From positions 1 to 58,385 of the forward strand of contig DAVY01000011.1 in NCBI GenBank assembly GCA_002505775.1: a DNA stretch of 58,385 nt. Reading direction: 5' to 3'. Numbering within the stretch: the stretch's first letter is position 1; every line of letters begins with the position of its first letter. The position numbers were made by a program, and so were the translations under genes. Shown here piece after piece: positions 30,001 through 37,800 of the stretch. The notes under the pieces were generated by a model. It had not been told where the DNA came from and made no database searches. It saw only the letters and a list, made by a program, of their open reading frames with translations. The stretch is from Euryarchaeota archaeon UBA130. GTDB taxonomy: Archaea; Thermoplasmatota; Poseidoniia; Poseidoniales; Thalassarchaeaceae.

Positions 30001-31263
30001 GACTCAGATTTCTGTAATGGGATAATCGACGAGTGCTCTCCAGCAGAACTCACGCTAACAATCGATAATTCAAACAGTGCCCCGTTTATCAGTATATCAT
30101 CCCCAAAGGAATCAGATAGGATGCCAGTTTCAGAGGAATCAACATTCTCTGGTGTTGCAAGGGATAATGATAACGACGTCACCCGAGTGGATATTGAGGT
30201 ATTGGACACTGCTAACGGCATGATTCAGGTTCACTCAGAATCAGTCACCGAGTTCGATTCCAATGGTGAATTCATTTCAACTTGGGATTCAAGGGCTTTG
30301 AGGCATAACTCAGAATATCAGATTAGAATGAGGTCATATGACGGATTTGACTACAGTGAATGGAAAACAGTCAATATAATCGCCGATAACCCTCCGGACG
30401 CAGGAAACAATCAGCCTATTTTCGATCAAACAGAATGGCCCGAAGAAGTAGTCCTATACTGCGAAATAGACTCCCAATCAGCAGATAGATGCACAAGCTT
30501 TGAGATAGACCTTCTGAATTTCTTTGCCGATCCAGATCCAAATCAGGAACTACTTCTGTCTGTGTATGATAGTGAAGATACCGACTCTGATGACCAACAC
30601 CCTGTCGTGATTACCATATCCGCCGACGGAAAAGCAAGATACAACCCAACATCGATGTCATTCTTCGATGCAGATATATCTGGATGGTCACTCAATGATG
30701 TTGTCTTTGTAGCATCGGATCAATTTAGCTCAAAGGCCAACTCTATCCCGATGAGTATTCAGGTAGTCGGAATAGAATTCGTGGTTGATGCCCCGGAGGA
30801 TTCCAGGATATCAGAAGATGAGACTGCTATTTTCACTGGAGTTGGACTACCAGGAAGGACTGTTACCGCCACAATAGGGGGAACCCCTGTGAATAGCACC
30901 GTAGTATCAGAAGACTCAACATGGTCAATCGGGATCCCTGCATCGAGAATTTCAGGTTCTGCGACCCCTCAGTTCAAGTACGGAGGTATGGACTATGACG
31001 GGTCTAAGATTACAGTCAGTGATACTACTTCTGGAGGCCTCTCGATGTTCGTAATAATTGCGATAGTTCTCATTGTTGCTATCGGAGCTTTCGCCTACTT
31101 CTTTATCGAGTTCGAAGATGAAGCCGAGGAAGTTCACAACTACAATAAGAATGAGAGACCAGATAATGGAGAAGGCAGATTTGTCAAAGACGATGATCAC
31201 CCAGGTTGGCTGTGGGACAATGAAAAAGAGGAATGGGTCCCCGAGGGCGAGAATAATCAATGA
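27034..31263 (+). CDS. Large surface protein: right-handed beta-helix repeats, Ig-like domains, C-terminal TM
   Basis: Signal peptide; pectin-lyase-like repeats (ITGNQI, ISNNEL, IMDNEI, AENNTI, LANNTI); CSDGIDNDGD Ca-binding motif; repeated AP.vsI.SP Ig-like units; TM MFVIIAIVLIVAIGAFAYFFI. Confidence 0.82.
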   Translation: MARNKRTSSSILVMLMMTSIFIALVGPASTVAASNETTSGTISGVEYWQGTHELTGDVVISSGAKLIIEPSTNVIFPNGTHLDARGSICIGLSSCGAGSNANSAQRITFSWEEPENESAEGECNGISQGQYEITITDPSCYEGLIVRDSIDLSQSGLRFLTIDGAWGIPHFVDNQNGFKYAALVLDGASPVLTEIDFQDIASSSVLTTGLAQPQFVGGEYIVGNDEDSGVDGPAVQIYSSGTPITPLIMSSPVLIGSDNGCGNNAGGKPTVWVEDAFIEIDDAQIPIGDYGISLRYSSGSITNSDISVNCNGIDIYSLKSVGQLDYHNTITGNQITTAQRTPITVYGGGHAYISNNELSGAGEGSGIAVFSSYAEIMDNEIGPIGGWNGLWMYGSFDVIAENNTIFDTNREAIIAGEYGSNAPAPSAARAFLANNTISTEPATCSSSLHFGGEFTCPAVFAYRSGLTMYDNEIDAGSSDGIRSVGALLDIRRNTWDAAGTGAILKHYDSGYAGDQQYGTLAFFSENIWNGVGTTYNITKSAVTVQSESIPSPPEGQYPVVLSWPDQEAWPLNGFQNGIIPTEVQECSNCDNLTPRNFPLALSMDNNSTVLTFAGLSNIDRSSIAIQTQPTPYAVQVRRAELVKFQALVNGERVEGASILVEDALGNDLYDIETMSDGYTPWFALPSDFHLDFRGLGGGNNPDGFADDEYEDSCSDGIDNDGDLLLDSDDDDCDHSAGTRELSLYRYTAYKFGFGLDSGEFTLDDTSYQGTANLVNLAPSLSITQDQGHSFRKVVNITGNAHDGILSSFYPNDESAQWDQKGYVHSIEVRDPFTSDWSEANMAIDSSGSSYGEVTRDNHPFKDWYYELDMSQMAEGDYVFQFRAFDGIDYSPISMISVKLNSQAPTVSVSSPSPLSTHSDGTVTFEGAAYDYYGCPSQCGKDISEIYFQIEGPNFQVVTPVSGGTSWTWTWDFSGQPRIVADYTFKIWASDSDFCNGIIDECSPAELTLTIDNSNSAPFISISSPKESDRMPVSEESTFSGVARDNDNDVTRVDIEVLDTANGMIQVHSESVTEFDSNGEFISTWDSRALRHNSEYQIRMRSYDGFDYSEWKTVNIIADNPPDAGNNQPIFDQTEWPEEVVLYCEIDSQSADRCTSFEIDLLNFFADPDPNQELLLSVYDSEDTDSDDQHPVVITISADGKARYNPTSMSFFDADISGWSLNDVVFVASDQFSSKANSIPMSIQVVGIEFVVDAPEDSRISEDETAIFTGVGLPGRTVTATIGGTPVNSTVVSEDSTWSIGIPASRISGSATPQFKYGGMDYDGSKITVSDTTSGGLSMFVIIAIVLIVAIGAFAYFFIEFEDEAEEVHNYNKNERPDNGEGRFVKDDDHPGWLWDNEKEEWVPEGENNQ

Positions 31264-31322
31264 ATCAATCAACGCTCTATCTTCACGAACATTCTTGAAT
31301 AGATGTTGCCGCTAATACACCC

Positions 31323-33851
31323 ATGGCTGTTACCCCTATCCCAAAGCCGGGGGTCCAAGAGAGGATTCTACTGCACCTCAGGGACTACGTTGATCATGCC
31401 GAAAAAGTCGAAGTCCCGTTCGCTCTTTCCCAAATGGGAATCGCAAATGCAGTATCTATCGCTAGATCGAATGTCCCACGCGCTATCTCAGGCCTAAGGG
31501 ACCAAGGTTACTTGGTAGAAAAGCAAGCCCACGTTACAGGTGTTTCAAGGAAGAGAAAGGCGTATTTTCTCACTGACGAGGGGGCAAAGTTAGCTGATGA
31601 TATTTGGTCCAAAGTTGGAAAGCAAAATGTGAGGGTAATCGGAAAGGATGGAAGAGCGTCCAACATGGAACTTGCGGAAGCCCTGGAAAATACCGATCTT
31701 CCATTAAGGCATGTTGATGTCATTAGATACCTAGACGACACCGGGACGATAGACTTGTCAGTCCTTTCAGCAGATTTGATTGAGCGAGATCTATCGAAGC
31801 ATATCGAGAAGCAATTAGTAACCTCGCTTAGCGACCTACCCAGAAATAGGAGGTTCTATGGCAGGGAATTAGAGCTGGAGAACATGGTAAATCTGCTGGA
31901 GCATCAGTCCGGCTCGATATTAGTTCCCGGAATCGCTGGAATCGGAAAAACTTCACTTTCGGCCAAACTGATTGAAAGCTTCACACACAGGAGGAACCTA
32001 CTCTATCACCGTTGTCAGGATTGGGAGGGCTCAAGGGCCTTTCTTGAAGCGATGGCAGAATGGCTATCTGCTATGGGAAGCGATGATCTGTCAGACTATC
32101 TCGCGTCTTCTCCCGTACCACAGCCCCAGATGGCTGTGAACCTAATGTCAGAAGCCCTGAGTACATCCCCGGCCTTGGTCGTAATTGATGATCTCCACAA
32201 AGTCGGTGATGAAACGCTAATTTCAGTACTCAGGGGACTTGCGTTGAAGATTCCAGAACTGGAAAATGTCGGTTTGGTAATGTTCTCGAGATCTTTTAGG
32301 ATGGTCGTTCCAGAATCTGATACTTCTGGGAGGATAGTCACACTTGTAATGCCTCTGGATGGTCTTGATCAGGAAGCAAGTAGGAAAATCCTAACCACAA
32401 TGAAAGACTTAGATATGCCTCAGTTTTTGCACATTCACAACCTTTCAAGGGGCCATCCATTGGTACTTGAGCTAATTAACAGAGGAAGTGTTGGAGGAAC
32501 ATTCCATGAGACTTTGGAAGCCTTCGTTGAGAAGGAGATTTTCAGCAGATTATCGGGTGCTGAAAAAAGATTATTGGGAGCAATTGCGGTATTCCGGGAG
32601 CCTATGCCATTGGAGGCAATTTCAGGAATGGAAATGGAAACCGATCTCCTAGATGATTTGGTCGAGAAAGGACTTGCCAGACAGGCGGATAGTGAGAATT
32701 ACGATGTCCACGATTTGGTTAGGGAATTCCTAACAAGATCGATGGAGGATTCATTGAGCCAATCCTTGCACGCCAACGCCGCTGAATGGTACAGAGTCAG
32801 GAAAGGAAATCCTTCGGAGAGTATTGAATACATCCACCATCTCCATATGTCAGGAGACACAGAGGGGCTTGCAGAGGCACTATCCGAGGAGGGCCATTCC
32901 TTGGTCAAGGCTGGACACATAGAACTTCTTGGAATCCTTAGAGTACTCGAAGCCAGTTTATTCGGGCCGAGGACACGTTTCGTTATCCACGAGCTGACAG
33001 GGGATATCCTGTCTATCCAGGGCAGATGGGACGAAGCAGAGGAGCAATATGATCATGCCCTCCCTATTGCTGTTAAGCACAAACTTATGACTCCCTTGGC
33101 TAGAATTTACTCATCACGAGCAGATTTGGCAGTAAAGAAAGGGGAGATGGATAATGCATTATCCCTTCACAAGAAAGCATTGGAGATGCAAATCAAACTC
33201 AGGGATGCACAAGGAGCAGCCAGATCTTACAATAACATGGGATATATCTTCAGGCGCCAGCGAGATAACAAGAGGGCAATAGAGGTATATGGAAACGTCG
33301 AGGAATTATTAGAATCCGAGGACTCATCTGACCTGACTGAGGCCAGAATTAGACTAGCTTCAGCTTTCCTAGAAATGGGGGAGTTGGATAGGGCAAGGGA
33401 CCATGCAATGAAAGCCCATGATGAAACCGCAGAAAATAATCAAGAGAAACTTCACGCTAGGTCGAGAGCTGTCCTTGGTAGATACTATGCTAGAATAAAG
33501 GATAATGATCTAGCAATGCACCACTACACCGGAGCATTAGAGATCCTCTCAGACCAATCCGACCCTAGAAGTGCCGTGGAGGTTGAGATTCTTCTTGGCC
33601 AGGTTCTTAGTGACGCAGGCAGTACTGAAGAAGCAGCACAACACTATCTGGACGCATTATCAATCGCCGAGGCAAACGATTTCCGAATGATGCAGGGAGA
33701 AATCCTATCTCGTCTTGGAGAGGTTGAAAGCAACCGCTCACAGAGGATGGATTACTTGCAAAGGTCGCTCGTTGTTTTCAGAGAATTGGGTGCCGTGGAC
33801 AGAATGCGAGAGGTACAAAATTCTGTGCACAGAGTTGTGATGGGACATTAG
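31323..33851 (+). CDS. Winged-HTH + STAND-class NTPase + TPR protein (putative transcriptional regulator)
   Basis: N-terminal wHTH (SQMGIANAVSIARSNVPRAISGL...YFLTDEG), FYGRELEL, Walker A GIAGIGKT, Walker B LVVIDDLH, GHP, HDLVREF, then TPRs (ARSYNNMGYIF). Confidence 0.85.
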   Translation: MAVTPIPKPGVQERILLHLRDYVDHAEKVEVPFALSQMGIANAVSIARSNVPRAISGLRDQGYLVEKQAHVTGVSRKRKAYFLTDEGAKLADDIWSKVGKQNVRVIGKDGRASNMELAEALENTDLPLRHVDVIRYLDDTGTIDLSVLSADLIERDLSKHIEKQLVTSLSDLPRNRRFYGRELELENMVNLLEHQSGSILVPGIAGIGKTSLSAKLIESFTHRRNLLYHRCQDWEGSRAFLEAMAEWLSAMGSDDLSDYLASSPVPQPQMAVNLMSEALSTSPALVVIDDLHKVGDETLISVLRGLALKIPELENVGLVMFSRSFRMVVPESDTSGRIVTLVMPLDGLDQEASRKILTTMKDLDMPQFLHIHNLSRGHPLVLELINRGSVGGTFHETLEAFVEKEIFSRLSGAEKRLLGAIAVFREPMPLEAISGMEMETDLLDDLVEKGLARQADSENYDVHDLVREFLTRSMEDSLSQSLHANAAEWYRVRKGNPSESIEYIHHLHMSGDTEGLAEALSEEGHSLVKAGHIELLGILRVLEASLFGPRTRFVIHELTGDILSIQGRWDEAEEQYDHALPIAVKHKLMTPLARIYSSRADLAVKKGEMDNALSLHKKALEMQIKLRDAQGAARSYNNMGYIFRRQRDNKRAIEVYGNVEELLESEDSSDLTEARIRLASAFLEMGELDRARDHAMKAHDETAENNQEKLHARSRAVLGRYYARIKDNDLAMHHYTGALEILSDQSDPRSAVEVEILLGQVLSDAGSTEEAAQHYLDALSIAEANDFRMMQGEILSRLGEVESNRSQRMDYLQRSLVVFRELGAVDRMREVQNSVHRVVMGH

Positions 33852-34664
33852 TCATGCAACTATCCTTTCGGGATTACTCTGTCCAATCCAATTACTGAAA
33901 TCTGGACCTTCTTGTTTGGATATACTCAGACTTCCATCAAATGAGTCGCAGATTCCCATGAGTACTTCACTTTCCGCAATATGAGGTAGATTATTACTCT
34001 CAGAAAGATGGCAGAGAACTATGCTATGCAGTTCTGGATGGACGATCTCTTGGAGTGCTTTGGCAGTTTGATAATTTGAGAGATGCCCTCCTCTGCCAGA
34101 AACCCTCCTTTTCAGAGAGTCAGGATATCCACCTCTCATAAGCCTATCATGGTCATAGTTTGCCTCAATAGAAATATGATTACAATTTTTGAGATGAGAA
34201 ATTAACTCAGCGGTTACCTCTCCCAGATCTGTAACGACTGCGGCCCTCTTCCCATTACTGTCACATGCTATGACCGCTACATTCTCCGCATCATCATGTG
34301 GCACTGGGACCGTGAGTAAGCTGATATCAACGCCCGCGTCAATTCTTTCTAGCTCTGAGAAAATTTTCAGCCTTGCTGTGCCCTCCCATTCTAATCTTCT
34401 TGCAGTCTCAGCATTACTGATTAGATTGCAACCCCACTTCTTAGACGCCCTCAATGCCGACTTGGAGTGGTCAGAGTGGTGATGTGTAACTAAGATAGTA
34501 TCAATCTCCTTCGGATCAACGTTCAACCTTTGCAATTTAGACTCGGTTTTTTTTAGAGAAAAGCCACAGTCGATTAATACATTGGACTCTGGAGTGGAGA
34601 GTAGGACAGAGTTGCCCCTGCTTCCACTCCCCAGATGCGTTATCTCCATACTCACGAATATCAT
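33852..34664 (-). CDS. MBL-fold metallo-hydrolase, YycJ/WalJ-like
   Basis: LGSGSRGN, LIDCG, THHHSDH, PHD, TDLG, EANYD, GHLSN and LCHLSE motifs. Alternative start at 34649. Confidence 0.92.
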   Translation of the reverse strand: MIFVSMEITHLGSGSRGNSVLLSTPESNVLIDCGFSLKKTESKLQRLNVDPKEIDTILVTHHHSDHSKSALRASKKWGCNLISNAETARRLEWEGTARLKIFSELERIDAGVDISLLTVPVPHDDAENVAVIACDSNGKRAAVVTDLGEVTAELISHLKNCNHISIEANYDHDRLMRGGYPDSLKRRVSGRGGHLSNYQTAKALQEIVHPELHSIVLCHLSESNNLPHIAESEVLMGICDSFDGSLSISKQEGPDFSNWIGQSNPERIVA

Positions 34665-34760
34665 AGGCGCGCGTGAGCCGACGACCTTTGAACAAATCCT
34701 ATGATTATATTTTTTGAAGCCTATTTTTGGACATTTTCGCTATCTCCACACACACTTCAT

Positions 34761-34777
34761 TTGGATATATGTCCGAA
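34761..34777. promoter_or_regulatory. Imperfect palindrome TTGGATATATGTCCGAA, candidate transcription-factor site
   Basis: Lies in the divergent intergenic region between the MBL gene and the repeat-protein gene. 13 bp of it (34765-34777) recur exactly, as the reverse complement, at 47195-47207. Confidence 0.45.
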
Positions 34778-34841
34778 CGACGCTCCATCACCATCATAAG
34801 TCAGTCGAGGACGTTGATGGTCACTTAGCTGGGGGCATTCC

Positions 34842-37800
34842 ATGAGGAGAAAGCAGACTGCGGCATTCATCGTGCTACTTTTGCTCAGTAGCCTGGCCTT
34901 CGTCTCTCAAACGAGACCCCAATCTCCCGTTGATTCGACAAACCCCACAGATGCAGGCGGAGGCGCTCCTCCTGCAACGGACGTCGATGAGGACAGAATA
35001 CCAGATCAGTATGAATCAATATATGGCGAGAATGTCATTTTTGAAGACCCATTTGGGAATTTTGAGGTTTTAGGATTAGATATGAATAACGGCACTGACA
35101 ACATGTCAGATCACGATAGGGATGGTGCAGTTGCACTTCTGGAGTACTGTTGGCCATACACACTGGATAAGTGCTTCACAGATAGGCTTTCTTTGACTGG
35201 CAAGCCACCAGAGTTGACTCAGTCCGGAAACAGGGAGTATCTTGATCCAACTAAGGCCGATACAGATGGGGATGGACTTCCCGATGGCTATGAGATCCAC
35301 ATGTGCACTGAGGGGGGACTTGGATACTTGAACGCAACAAACGCTTGGACCTGTCTTTGGTTCGATCCGCTGGATCCCTCTGATAGGGTAGAAGATATCG
35401 ATAGATGTGATGATTTCAGCTTTGGTTGTGGTGACGGATTTGATGTCAATAGGGACGGAGATATCGACATTACTGAAAGATATTCAAACGCAGAAGAGTA
35501 CTCATTCGGAATACCGGACTATTGGATTACCGAGAGAGACGGACTTTGGTGCTCGGGAACGATACAGGGTTTGAGTGAATCATCCTGCCAAGATATCTTT
35601 GAGAGGCCGACCGGGGATAGCGGGTGGCTTGGTACCGATCCTACTAGATCGGATTCTGATTACTACTCTTGGTCAGATCTTCTGGCGTCTGGATTGGTTG
35701 TTCCGGGGGATGGGATACCCGATGGTTGGGAGGCGCACTATGGTCTCGATCCTAGAAATGCCAGTGACGCAATCGCTGATTCTGACAACGACGGCTGGGA
35801 TATGGATAGAGATGGTTTCGTCATACCAGATACATCTACTGCGACCTCTGCTTGGGGAGAGGCGTTTAGCAACTACGAGGAATATATGGTACATTTTGAC
35901 GATGGATCCTGGGTAAAGCCGGGCGTGAGGGGAACAGCTGGTACTAGTCATGGCGGACCAGTGCTTTTCTTCGACCAATCCACACAAACCCCCTTAGTTG
36001 ATGGTGCAGTTCATTCGATGTTGAAGGACACAGATCAAGAGAGGATATTGGTCGGATCGAAATACGGTATTACCGCTTTGGACCCTCTCGGGGGCGTTTC
36101 TTCGACTCATGAACTGAGGGCTGGATTGGAGATGACCTCGATGATTAGGTGGTCCCCCTCCGAATCCTCAGACTTCATGATAATTGGTACAAATCAAGGC
36201 GTTCATTGCGTATCCATGGAAAACGGTTTACCGATAATGTCATCTGTTTCTGAGTCCGAAATTGGAAGAGTCATCAATATGCTAGAGCTAAACACAGGGG
36301 GCAATAATCTGGATTTGCTTGTCTTCGGGGAAAACAAGGCATGGACACTCAGTTTCGCAGATCAAGGCATAAATGGGGATTGTTGGAGTGGTGGGCAATC
36401 AATCGGAATAAGCTCCGAAGCTCCCAATACCGAGCTAAATGAAATCCTATCGGACGCTGAAGTTTCAGTCAACGATGCGATACAAGTTCCGATGATAGGC
36501 AGAGGGCCATTGCTTCTGCTGGCAACTGACTCAGGTCTCATAGCTTGGAACACAACCGATGGTATTACTTCTGCAGGAAATCCATGGTGGGTATTTGATA
36601 TTGAAGACGCCGAAACATTTGTCAGGATGGCTGACCTTCTTAATGAATCAAAATCTGCAGTCGTTAACGTACTTGAGCCAGCGGGTCCACTTCTTCAGGA
36701 TGGTAATTTGGAAGAGATAACCGGGGTTTGGATGGGTACAGCAGGTGGCCTACATCTAATCGACCTCTCGATATTCATTCAAATGCCGAGGTCATCAATT
36801 AGCAATGACAGGATGTTTAATTCCGAGCGATGGTCAGAAGGAGCCAATGACATTCACTCAGTATTGGCAATAGATGGAATGGTAGTTCTTGGGTCAAAAG
36901 ATGGGACTTGGTGCCTAGAGGGCGGTCATACGGGCGTGCTTGGCCCATACTCAAATCAGACTCGTATGCCAGGACTGGTTACCAACCTTGTTTCCATGGA
37001 AGAAGGTGAGGAAAATTGGATTTTCGCTGGTGCCTCCCCGGGTAGATTCATGAATATAATGCCGATAGACCCGATGTCCAGAGATTCTGATTTCGACGGC
37101 ATGCCCGATGGATGGGAGTTCTCCCACGGACTGGACCCAACGGATCCATTTGATAGATATAGGGACGCAGATGCAGACGGCGTCAGCTTCCCACTCATTG
37201 ATGGGACCATCTTTACCAGAGACTGGAGCAACCTAGAAGAATACAGGTATGTCAACTCATCAGAATTTGGAATGAATGGAACAGACCCCAGAAATATTGA
37301 CTCAGATGGAGACGGATTAACTGATGGAGAGGAATATTGGGGGTGGTTTATGGACTCCACTTCATTTGAGTGTCACTATCTCAATGAGAATTATGTGTGT
37401 GACGAATCTTCTTCCCAAACAGAAACAGTTCATCTCGAAGGATGGCTGGGATCCGGGGCAGGGGGCGGTACTGATGGCCCAACAGACCCCAGTAACCCCG
37501 ACACTGATGGAGATGGCATGCCTGATGGATGGGAAATCGAGAACAGAAGATGGGTGGGGGATATCTACACAGGAGGAAACCTGTGGACCCTAGATCCACG
37601 AAATCCCAACGATGCAGACGAGGATGCCGACGGTGATGGCCTTTCCAACTTGTGCGAGTATCAATGGAGTCAAATTATTGATGATGTAATCAGAGAGGGG
37701 CTACCATCTCATGGCGAGTCTAATGAGTCAGCTTTGTCCTGGATCCCTACTGATCCAAATAACATGGATTCGGACGGGGACTCTCTTCCCGATGGATGGG

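Noticed and set aside
31323-34664. STAND-TPR next to an MBL hydrolase as an Avs1-type antiviral system
   Set aside because: The genes are convergent, the MBL has housekeeping YycJ/WalJ motifs, the STAND effector is a wHTH rather than a protease or nuclease, and the context is not a defence island.
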